A DNA stretch of 64,000 bases from NCBI GenBank assembly GCA_022605425.2, contig CM061246.1, positions 310,001 through 374,000 on the forward strand, given 5' to 3'. Positions 28,224-39,892 of the stretch are shown here, piece by piece. Made by a program: the position numbers and the translations under genes. This DNA is from Hamiltosporidium tvaerminnensis FI-OER-3-3 (lineage: Eukaryota; Fungi; Microsporidia). The notes under the pieces are model-generated. The model was not told where the DNA came from. It was given only the letters and a program-made list of their open reading frames with translations, and made no database searches. Within the stretch, counting starts at the first letter, position 1. Every line of letters begins with the position of its first letter.

Positions 28224-28951
28224 CTTTATTTAAAAGTATCACATCCTTTTAAAATAGTGGCAAGTGTTTCATTTGTTTTCATGACATTAACGCAGTTCTA
28301 GGTTTAACATAAATAACTGCTACCCCAACACTCCATCGGTAACCCCTGCAATACCTACGTCCCAAAGCTTTTCATCTACGGTGTGTAGAACCTAATTAAT
28401 AGGCGAGGCAGTTGCCCGGAGTTCGTTAATGTCCGTTGCATGGAGTGTTATCGAAGGCCGAAGCCCCCCCTGGGCTCCCCCAAGACTATGTAGCATTCCC
28501 ACTTACTCTACACTTTCTGAACCCAATAAACTTCTAGCTAAGATATATTTCAGAGATTTACATTAGGTCCACCTAGACACTGCAATGTCATACCAACAGG
28601 TATAACCTGCTACTTAGCTCTCCCGGCTTTTAATGGGTTTTATTTTTATATTTCCCAGGCGCTAAGTCTTCTAACCTGAGTGAGCAAGGTTAGGTTTCCA
28701 TGCTTTTACATGGCAATTACCTACATGTTCAGCTGCGGTCTGCAATATAGTTACATTAGAAACACAAAATATATTTGTAGAAAAAGTTTCTCCATTTCTT
28801 AGACCTCTCCTCTTCATAACAACTCCCATGGAACAACCAAAGATGTAGTGTGGTTTTATTCCCACTAAAAATCCAAACAATGATCTCACACCAGTTTCAC
28901 ACACTCATTGCCAAGCAGAAAGTTTTTTATGTGGTTATCCTCCCTCCACCT
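28224..28951 (-). mobile_element. SINE-like non-coding retroposon, copy S3 (728 bp)
   Basis: Perfect 14-bp TSD attacatcataaga at 28210-28223 and 28952-28965. Sense 3' end is ...gtgatacttttaaataaag. Highly similar to S4. Confidence 0.92.
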
Positions 28952-29225
28952 ATTACATCATAAGAAATATTAAATTTATTTTAAAAAATCACTTAAATAT
29001 TTCTTATAAATAACACCCTTATAGATATAAGTATTTAAAATATCAAATAAAAGACTCTAAACATAACCCTTTAAACATACAAATAAAACATAAACCCTTT
29101 AAATACTATTAATTATAAATATCACCCTTTAAATACTACTAATTGTAAATAACACCCTTTAAATACTACTAATACTAAACAAAACCCTTTAAATACTACT
29201 AATACTAAATAACACCCCTTTATCC

Positions 29226-32200
29226 CTACTCACTCTCGTCAGATAATATAACATTATATTTCTCCCAAGGCTTCTCCTTCTTACCACTAATCTTCCTCTT
29301 CTTAACACCCTCATCACTACTAAGTATATCTTTATCAATAATTGTCTTAGTAGTCTTACTAGTCTTATTACTTGATTTAGACTTAGTATCCTTAGTACTA
29401 CTCTTACTAACAATATCCCTACTACCCTTACTCACACTCCCCCCACCACTACTCCCACCACACCTATTACCACCCCTTCTATTCCTACACTCATCCTCAT
29501 ACATCCTATCCTCTTCATTACACACCTTATCATACTCACACATAAACCTATAAATATCTTCTTTCCATAATTCCTTATGACTTTTACTTAATAACTCTTC
29601 ATACTCTTTCTTTTTATTTTTATATTCTTTTTCTAATTTATCTACTCTTTCCACCGTAAGACTTAACAACTGCATACCAAGCAAATAATCAAAAGCATCA
29701 GGATTAAGGGTGTTAGTATTGTTGTTTGTAGGGGTGTTGTTAGTATTGTTAGTAGTATTGTTATTAGGGTTGTTATTACTAGTATTGTTACTAGTATTGT
29801 TATTACTAGTATTGTTATTACTAGTACTTGTATTACTAGTATTGTTATTACTATCACCTACTATATCATCACCCACACCTATATCATCACCCACACCTAT
29901 ATCACCCACCACATCAATACCTATATCACCCACCACATTATCACCCCCACCTAAACCCACTATCTTATCACCTATAATACCTACATACCCTTTACACTTT
30001 AACTCATTAACTACCTCTTCTCTACTTCTCTTACAAATAACAATACTACCATTAATAACCTCTTTAATAAATCTTACTTTATTAGAAACCTTTATTAATT
30101 CTTTAATTAACACCTTTAATAAATATTCTTTTCTTTTTACATATAAATTAAGTCTTACACTACAAAATTCTAATAAAATATCTTTTACATTTTCATATTT
30201 CTTTATATTTCCTTTATAATCAAAACAAACCATATTGTTAGTACTTATATTAGAAATAAGCTTAAGTTTTTTAAGAACAGTGGGGTTGTTATTATTATTG
30301 TTAGTATTGTTAGTATAAGGGTTGTTAGTATAAGGGTTGTTAGTATAAGGGTTGTTATTACTCTTATTACTAGTAGTCTTATTGTTACTCTTATTACTAG
30401 TATTACCACTAGTATTACTCTTATTACCACTAGTATTACCACTAGTATTACTCTTATTACTACTACTGTTACTACTACTACTCTTACTCTTATTACCACT
30501 AGTATTACCACTAGTATTACCACTAGTATTACTCTTACTACCACCACCACTACTACTACTAACACCCCTACTACTACTAACACCCCTACCACCACTCATT
30601 ATACTACTGTCCGTTATACTAAAATACACTGTCTTCTCTGTATGATACTCTTTAAAATCTTTTACTACTCCTTCTGTTACTAAAGATTCTAAATATTCTT
30701 TATAAGGTTGTGTCCATACACCTAAAGGTAATTCAGTTATATCTATAGAAGTATCAGATTGAGTATAACACCCAGAGACTCTATAGCGTGTAGGGGGTGT
30801 AGTATTGTTACTTATGTTGTTATTGTTAGTATTAGTAGTGTTGCTAGTATTAGTAGTGTTGTTACTTATGTTACTTATGTTGTTACTTATGTTGTTATTA
30901 CTTATGTTATTGTTACTACTTACATCTAATCTACTAACATCCAATCTATTACTACCATCTAATCTACTATTACTACTAATACCACCCACACTACCCACAC
31001 TACCCACCACCTCCTCCTCTATACTACCCTTGAATCCTCTATACCATGGTCTCATATCTGTAACACCTCTACCTTCAATAACATTAAGTACATTACTAAC
31101 AACATCTCTAACACTATAATTAGGTATCTGTGTTGACCAACCTGTACCTATACCTTCTGTACCATTAACAAGTATTAAAGGTATAATAGGTACATAATAA
31201 GTAGGTTCTATACTTTGATTATCTTCTATATTATATATTAATAAAGGATCATCTAAATTAATAAAAAGAAATCTTGTTAATGGATTAAGACATGTATATA
31301 TATATCTACTACTAGCAGCATCTTTACCTCCTAAAATACGAGTACCGAATTGACCATTAGGCATAAGTAAATTAATATTATTACTTCCTACAAAATCATG
31401 TGCAAGATTTATTATAGTAGAACAAAGACTTTGTTCACCATGGTGATATGCAGAGTGTTCTGATACGTAACCAGCAAGTTGTGCTACTTTTATTTCTTGT
31501 TGTAGATTACGTTTAAAACAAGAAAAAAGTACTTTTCTTTGTCCTGGTTTTAAACCATCTATCATGTTAGGTATACTTCTAATGTTATCTGCCATACTAA
31601 ATAATATGAGTTCTTTATTTACAAAATCTGAAATACTTATTTTTGTAAAACTATTATCTAAATATGTACCAATTATAAGGTTTTTTAACCATATTTTTCT
31701 ATTATCTGCTTTTTTTTTATTAAATGCCAAATCTATCAATTCACTATCAATAGATGTCAAACTTTTAAAATTTTTGACATGTTTTGACAGATTAGAAAAG
31801 TACATTTTAGCATCTAAAGAGGTAGAAGTACCAAGACCCTTATAATACTTAACAGAGTAGTTAGTATTGTTGTTGGTATTGGTTGTATTGGTATTTGGTA
31901 TTGTTGGTGGTATTGTTGGTGGTTGTAGGGTTAGTATTGTTACTAGTAAGGTTGTTTGTATTGTTACTAGTATTGTTATTAGTATTGTTACTACTACCAC
32001 CCACTCCCCTAACCCATGACTCATACTCGGGTATCGTAAAGAAATCTAAAACACTTTTATTCTTAAAAGTAACCCTAACAATAGGTGTTATAAATTCCTG
32101 TAAAAATCCTTCAATTTTTAACAAGGAAGGATAAAAAACATCTAAAAAATTAATAATTAACCCCTTTATATGACTACCATCATGATCTTGATCAGTCATA

Positions 32201-34251
32201 ATCATAACATGTCCATATCTTAAAGATTCTGTATTTAAATATACTTTATTATGTTGTAACCCTAATATTTTCTTAATATTACTTATTTCTAAATTATCCA
32301 TTATTTGTTTACAATTAGCTTCTCTTACATTTAAAAGTTTACCTCTTAAAGGAAATACTCCATATAAATCTCTACCTACTACTGATAACCCTGCTACTGC
32401 TAATGCTTTAGCACTATCTCCTTCTGTAAGTATTAATGTACATTTATTACTTTGTTTAGTACCTGCTAAATTAGCATCATCTAATTTAGGAATACCATTT
32501 AATCTAACACTTTTATTACCATCACTCTTCTTCATTTGTACATTTTGTTTAGCTTTTGCATAAATAGAAACTCTTTCTAAAATATTTGAATTTTTTATAA
32601 TATTTTTTATAAATTCTGTTATTGGATAACATTTACTACCAAAACTACTCATACGTAATGTTAAACATTCTTTAGTTTGACTATCAAATGTAGGATTTTC
32701 TATACTACAATTTATAAATATAAAAATATTACTTTTTACTTGAAATGGTTTTATTTCTAAAGATTTATCTTTCTTTTTAATTTGTTCTATTATAGGTTCT
32801 ATTATTTGTTCTAATACATGATTTACATGTGTACCACCTTTTGTAGTACAAATACCGTTAACAAAAGAAACATTTTGAAATTGGTCATCACTAAGCATAA
32901 AAGCTATTTCCCACCTATCATTAACAACAGAGTGAACAATAGTATTATTTGATTGGTTGGATTGGTTGGTGGATTGGTTGTTATTGTTGTTATAGGTGGT
33001 ATTGGATTGGTTGTTGTTATTATTACCATCTAACATCCTATTACTGTTATTACTATCCAACTTACCATTATCCACATTACCATCCACACCTACACTATCA
33101 CCCACGCTAATATCATATAATCCTATACTCTCACTTGTTATACCTTTATTACTATATAATCCTATATATTGTTTAAAATTTTTAATTTCTATACGTTGAT
33201 TATTAAGATATACTTTAACATTCTTAAGTATACCTGCCATATCATATACACGTTTATAAAGTAAAGAAAGTATATCTTTATCTAAAAAAGACATATTAAA
33301 ACGTAATAAATCTGGTATAAAAGTAATTTTAGTATAAGAAGTACCTTTATACTGTGTAATAACAGGTGGATGTATTAATGACATATTATTTTCATATATT
33401 TGTATATATTTCTTATTAAAAGAAGTTGTTTCTACTGTAAATTTAGTAGAAAATATGTTACAAAGTTTTGCTCCATAACCATTACGACCACCTGTTATTT
33501 TCTTTTCTGTATCATCATAATTTGAAGAAGTGTGTAAATGTCCAAATATAAGTTCTGGAATATAAATTTTTTCTTTTTTATGTATTTGTATTGGAATACC
33601 TTCACCGTTGTTGTATATTGATATTGAAGTAGGGGTTATGTTTACTTTTAGTATTGACATAGAAGAATCTCTTGTTTTATTGTCTGCTGCATTTACAAGT
33701 ATTTCATCAAATATTTTGTAAAGACCGGGGACATAAGTAATTTGTTGTAAGGATATTTTCTTAGTAGTGATAGGGGTAGATGATATTGTGTTAGTATTAG
33801 TATTTGATATGTTGTTAGTATTTGATATGTTGTTTAGATAGTTGTTGTTTAGATTGTTGTTGTTATTATTGTTATTAGTAGTACTGTTATAAGTATCACT
33901 GTTATTATTGTTATTAGTACCACTGTTATAAGTACCACTGTTATTATTAGTACCACAATTGTTAATACTACTATTGTTAATACCACTATTGTTAGATATC
34001 TCACATATGTCGTCACTGTTGATAATAATATCTTCTACGTTCCAATCTACACTTGTTGGTTCTATTGGTTGTTCTGTGAGAACAAAGAGTGTTTGTGTTT
34101 CTTTTTCAATGGATCCGATGTATGTGTCGGGTCGGTGTAAAATATGTTCAAGTGGTGTTTTCTTCTGGTAAAGATCTTCAAGTGTTTTGGTGTTTTTTGT
34201 GTTTTCCATTATTTTTTTGAAATCGACTTTGGGGTTTTTGTTTTTTGGCAT
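29226..34251 (-). CDS. TOP2: DNA topoisomerase II with low-complexity insertions; split by one +1 indel at ~31894-31896
   Basis: ATPase motifs (KIFDEILVNAADN, GGRNGYGAKL), TOPRIM (LILTEGDSA, PLRGK, MTDQDHDGSHI), KYYKGLGTS, DGLKPGQRK, YHHGE and catalytic SRY. Removing one T from the TTT run joins both ORFs into ~1674 aa. Confidence 0.93.
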
Positions 34252-34359
34252 TTTTTTATGTTTTTTTTTGTGTTTTTATGTTTTTTTTTTTATGTTTTTA
34301 GAAAAAAAGGAAGGATGAAACATATTTGTAATGGAAAGTGGAATTATGATATGTTAAAG

Positions 34360-35140
34360 GGGTGTTAGTGGATATGAGTAGTGTATAGGGGTGTTATTAA
34401 AGGAATGGTAAGGGGTGTTAGAGATAAGGATAGTAAAGAAGGGGGTGTTAGTAACAGTAGTAGTTATAAGGATAGTAAAGAGGGGGTGTTAGTAATAGAG
34501 GGGTGTTAGAGATAAGGATAGTAAAGAAGGGGGTGTTAGTAATAAGGATAGTAAAGAGTGTGTTAGTAACAGTATACATGATTATAAGGGTGTTAGCTAT
34601 ATAATAAATAGTAATGAAATAAATGGTAGTATAATAGATATTAATAGATAGCAATAGATAGTAATGGATAGTAGTAGATAGTAATGGATAATAAAGGATA
34701 GTAATGGATAGTAGTGGATAGTAATGGATAGTAAAGGATAGTAATGGATAGTAATGGATAGTAATGGATAGTAATGGATAGTAATGGATAGTAATGGATA
34801 GTAATGGATAGTAATGGATAGTAATGAATAGTAATGGATAGTAAAGGATAGTAAAGGATAGTAATGGATAGAAATAGATAGTAATGGATAGCAATAGATA
34901 GTAATGGATAGTAATGGATAGAAAGGATAGTAAAGGATAGTAATGGATAGAAATAGATAGTAATGGATAGCAATAGATAGTAATGGATAGTAATGGATAG
35001 AAAGGATGGTAGCAGATAGTAATGGATAGTAGCAGATAGTAATGGATAGTAAAGGATAGTGATGGATAGTAATGGATAGTAATGGATAGAAAGGATGGTA
35101 GCAGATAGTAATGGATAATAATAGATAATAATAGATACTA
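34360..35140. repeat. G-rich minisatellite array: ~30-bp gggggtgttag.. units followed by a 10-bp (gtaatggata)n array
   Basis: Dozens of gtaatggata/gtaaaggata/gcaatagata units at ~34640-35130, read directly. Confidence 0.92.
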
Positions 35141-35750
35141 ATATAATGTTTAATGGATTTACTGATTAGATTTATTATTTATATTGGTTGTTTTTACTTC
35201 TTTTGTTTTTGATTAAAAAAATATCATTTGTATAGCAATTATATATGAATTATATAGATTATTATAATTTTTAATTTTAGAGACTGAGAGGTTACAAGAA
35301 GAATGAAATTATTAAGTAAGTATAATTTTTAAAAGGAATTAGTAAATGTATTATTTTGTAATAAATAGAATCATTTATTGATAAAGGGTTATGATAGAAT
35401 AGGTAAGTAATAGAGTAGTATAATAGAGTTATATAATAGAATATGGATGTAATTGAGTTATATAATAGTAGTATAATGGGTTATATAATAGTGGTATAAT
35501 AGGTTATATAATAGAGTAGTATGATAGAGGAGTATGATAGAGGAGTATGATAATGTAGTTAGTATGTTCTTAAAGTAAATAAATAATTTATTAATGTTGT
35601 GTTCCTATTGCTTATATTTTCGTTTTTATATAACTTTAAATGTAGTAAGAATCTTAAAAATATCAGTAATATTTACAATTAAAGTATTAAATATTTTATA
35701 AAATATATTTTTTTTATTGTTTTTATGTTATAATTAATATCTTGGATAAT

Positions 35751-38700
35751 GATGGGTAGAAGAAAAAAAGTTGACAGCGAAAATATAAAAAATGATGAAA
35801 TAAAGGCTGTAAACAACTCGGAAATTAGTTTTAAAGAGATAAAAACGTGTGATAGATATGTAGTAACTATATCCGAGACGCTTCCACCACAACAGACCAT
35901 CTATAATAACACTCACTCCCCATCGAGCAATACGCTTCAGGCTACTCCAATCAGCCTGCTCGATTCCGCACTCCCTTCTTCCTGTCCCGATTCTTCTGCG
36001 TGTGGACCAGCCAACACAATGGAAAACCTCAATGCACCTGCCATTCCAGAAGGAAATCGACTGATGGTATTGCATTCAATACTTGACTCTGTCACAGCCG
36101 TAGAGCAGGAATGGCCTAGATCTGCTATGTCAGTGGTGCAAAAAAGGTTTGAGAGAATGTCTAGAAATGGCTGGTCTGCAATTCTTAGGTACTATAATGG
36201 AAAATTTGGTCGAACTGTTGATATCGATGTGTTAAAAAAATTAATACATAATGAGGCAGAAAGAGAAATAAGGCAAGAAGAGAATGGAGAGCGACGTAGA
36301 ATCGCCACTTGTCTCGCCGAGCCATGTTCCTTAACTGACACTACACTCTATATGAACCTGAGAGAAAAGTTCTTGTGTAAAATCAAGGAACTCTCTGAGA
36401 AGGAAATCGGAGATGTAGTGGTCCGAACTAGAAAACTTCCAAGTGAATTGGTTGATAGTAAAGTTTTGGAACTCATAAATCGGATCACAGGTGAATATGC
36501 TGAATTTCATTTGCCTATGAATGTTAGTGATGCAGCTCGAATCATCCAGGCGGCTCAGGTATGCTATGACGAGGAAACGCGTAAGGAGAAGCGTAGATCC
36601 GCTTGGAAGGAAAACATAGAAAGTAAAATTTCTAAGTTAGTACTTTCCAAAGATCTCCTCGAGAAGGCTCGCAAGCAGGAAAAGCTCTCTACTTCGGAAA
36701 CGAAAAGTCTCAGAAAAATTATGCGAAAGTTTAATTTAGATTTAAGCAAAATAAATGATCTCTCTGAGGCTTTGGTTAAGAAGAATGAGGCCTTGAATGT
36801 GTACGAGAAAAAAATTACGATGTAAGAAAGTAGGAGAAAATTTCGAAAAGAGAATCGTATGTTTGAGTTATTCCGAGGGCGATTCTATCGAGGGTTATCT
36901 GAGCGCGTTGAATCCGAGCATGTGGTTTATCGTGACGAAATTTCAGAATTTTGGTCTACAATGTGGAATAAAAATGATAAAGTAGTTACATATGATGAGT
37001 ATTTGATACCTTTCGTGTCAGATACGCACCAGACCACGTTTCCTTTACTTGATGAATTTGTAAATATCATTAATTGGCTTCCCAATTGGAAAGCTGCTGG
37101 AATTGATGGTATTTATAACTTTTACATCAAGAAACTTACGAGCCTTCATAAATATCTTTACGATATTATGAAAGCCATATGTTTAGAAGGAACACCTCAA
37201 GCTGATTGGTTTTATTGTGGACTTACTTATCTGATACCTAAAGGTACACCAAAGACTGGCTCTGATTACAGGCCAATAACCTGTATAAACTGACTACAAA
37301 ATGTGTCACTAAAGTGGTTCAGGTTGAGGTGGAAAGACGAGGGTTGCTTGCAGAAAATCAGTTGGGAGCAGTAAGAGGAGTGCAAGGAGCGAAAGAACAG
37401 GCCCTATTGAATATTGCCATTAATAAAGAGTACGGAAACAATCTTAAGGCAACATGGATTGATGTCAAAAAAGCTTATGATTCAATAGATCATGCTTATT
37501 TGACTCAATGCATTGAAAACCTTAATTTACCTGATTGGATCCTGAAATTTATTAAGGTAATTATATCAAAATGGAAAATTGATATATCAGTAGGGCCTGA
37601 AAATCATGAGTAAGAAGATTGATAGAGGGATTCTGCAAGGAGATAGTTTGTCACCATTATTGTTTGTGTTGTGTATGTATCCATTGAGCCGAAAGCTTAA
37701 TGAGAAATACACAAAAGTGACAATAAAGACAGATGCAGAATCCCACGCGACTAATCATCTCTTGTTTATTGATGATCTTAAGTTCCTTGCCGAAGATGGA
37801 CAAACATTGGAAGAAATGACGGAGGAGGTTAAAAAGTTTATGAATAATATAGGATTGGAAATTAACAAAGAGAAGTCAGCCACTAATGATCCATGTTGTG
37901 AAGATACTGCATCTCTTCTTGAAGGAATAGGTGTTTATAAATACCTTGGAATTATAGAAGATAGCAGAGGAATTCCAACAAGTAAGTCGTTTGAGGAAGT
38001 ACAGACCAAACTTATAGCACGAGTATAAAGACTTTGTCGCACGAGATTAAATGCAAGAAATTTATTTCAAGCCATTAATCAACATGCAATTTCTTTACTA
38101 AACTATCATATAGGTGTACTCCGACTTGAACCGGCTGACTTCTCTAAGTTAGATGATGCGGTGCGTGCAGTGTTAGTAAAGAACAAAATACATCTAGGCC
38201 CAGGATGCAAAGAACGTCTATACCTTCCACGTAAAGAACTTGGAAGAGGTTTACATAGTGTAGAGTTCAAAAGCGAACATATGTTTTTGCAACTCTTGGA
38301 TTGTCTGGAAAAACATAAAGATACATCGACCAGAAGAGCAGCAATCCTAAAGGTTGAGAATAATAATAAAACCCACCTTTCACTAATTAAAAACTTTTTA
38401 AAAATAAAATACGGGTTGGAAGAGGAAGTCACAAAAAAGAAATTGGAAGAAGCTGAACTAGCTAACCTATATAATGAAATCAAAAACCGAAAACTACATT
38501 CAAAGTTATATAGCGCTAGAAATAACGAGCTGGTAAGTGTAAATGACTCCTCAAGATGGTTAAAGAAAGGAAGTGTAAGACCACGTGATGAAGCAGTGTT
38601 CTGTTATATCCAGGATAGAAATGTTTTCTGGTGTGCAGAAGGTATGTGTCAACACTGCAACCAGTCTAGGAAAACTGTTGATCACTTAGCAACGAGATGT

Positions 38701-39514
38701 GAAAAAATGCTTGGTCATGACTATACTAGACGACATAATGAAGTGGTACGATGTATACATTTACTCTTGCTGAATAAATATAAGTTTAAGTCTTCGAAAC
38801 GAATTAGAAGCCACTCAGTTCAAGAAATTCTTGATAACGAATATGCAGAGATAAGAGTGGACACCAGAATAAAAACTGATGTCAAGATCCGGTGTAACAG
38901 ACCAGATATATTTATTTTAGACAAGAGACAGAATAGGATAACCCTCATTGAAGTAGGAATCACATCCCAAGACTCTCTTCAAATAGTTGAAACAGAGAAG
39001 CTTAGGAAGTATGACCTATTAGCAAATGAGTTAGGTCTTATTTATAAATGCAGTGTAGAGATAATTCCTTATGTGATGACCTGGGACGGTATTGTGACAA
39101 AATACCATAAGACGTATGTTAAGAGACTGCAAATACCCATGAATGTAGAGGCATATATACAATCCATAGTACTTAAGAAGACAATCGAAACAATTTCTTT
39201 TGAGCGACGAAGAGGACTTGAGTCTGGACCAAATGCCGAGGAGAGCTGGGAAAGAGCGTCAATGGGTGTCATTATGAGATCAGAGATGCATGAGGAACCA
39301 ACACCTCCTTTAAAAGAAGCGAAAAGAGATGAAGATGGTGTTAAACAGTTTAAAAACAAAAAATAAAACACCCCTTATTTTGGAGGTATAACCACAGCAA
39401 AGGAACCAATAACTAATACAAATGAAGAGTTGGAGTTGGAGGAAGAGATGAAGTGATGAAAAGAATTATTTAGAAAAGAGAAAAATTTGTTAAGCCAGAA
39501 TTTTATTAAAAAAA
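35751..39514 (+). mobile_element. RLE non-LTR retrotransposon, full-span pseudogene copy L4 (divergent subfamily B / mosaic)
   Basis: Homologous to the intact ORF but with a distinct N-terminus (MGRRKKVDSENIK...), stops and frameshifts. Tail aagccagaattttattaaaaaaa. Confidence 0.93.
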
Positions 39515-39892
39515 TATTATAATAACAGTATATAATAACAGTGTATAACTAGAGATTATGACTATATATTATAATAACAGTCTATAATCCGAGATTATAA
39601 CTAGATTCTATAATAAGAAGTACAATAAACCCAAATTAAGTATAGATTGAAATATCAATAAAAATGTCAAAAAACGAACATATAATTTAAAATCCTAATA
39701 GGGAAAATAGTTATAACCCATTTCAAATACGATTAAAACACCGAAACCATATACAACTAGCATCCCCACAACTTTCCGTACTTTTTCATAAGAGAGACAA
39801 CAAGAAGAAAATTACAAATCAATTGCCGCTTCTTCAAATAAAATTTCAAAAAAACTCTTTCAACAGCTTTAAAAAATTTTATATATAAAATA

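Noticed and set aside
28686-28698. ACCTAACCT as a telomerase-RNA template for TTAGG repeats
   Set aside because: Other copies read cctagcct or ccttgcct, and the bases form a covarying hairpin rather than a conserved single-stranded template.
28671-28904. 77-aa ORF (MCETGVRSLFG...) repeated at 40345-40578
   Set aside because: Non-ATG start, lies inside the SINE-like element and is disrupted in copies S1 and S2. The conservation reflects recent copying.
28224-28951. SINE as a group I/II intron, hammerhead retrozyme or tRNA-derived SINE
   Set aside because: P/Q/R/S-like words are out of order with no proper GACUA/UAGUC P7. There is no CUGAnGA core, no domain V, and no correctly spaced A/B boxes or cloverleaf.
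31847-32012. Spliceosomal intron removing the TOP2 frameshift (gttagg...tactaac...aag)
   Set aside because: Splicing would delete the conserved VK of VKYYKGLG and the preceding linker. tactaac arises by chance in Asn/Thr repeats.
29663-34973. Leu/Val-rich and YYPLLSITI ORFs overlapping TOP2 and the satellite; also the WCCNWL ORFs at 4411-4668 and 48265-48768
   Set aside because: Antisense or alternate-frame shadows of low-complexity repeats.
34640-35130. CRISPR array or telomere
   Set aside because: Contiguous 10-bp units with no spacers, eukaryotic context, internal location, and not a TTAGG(G) repeat.
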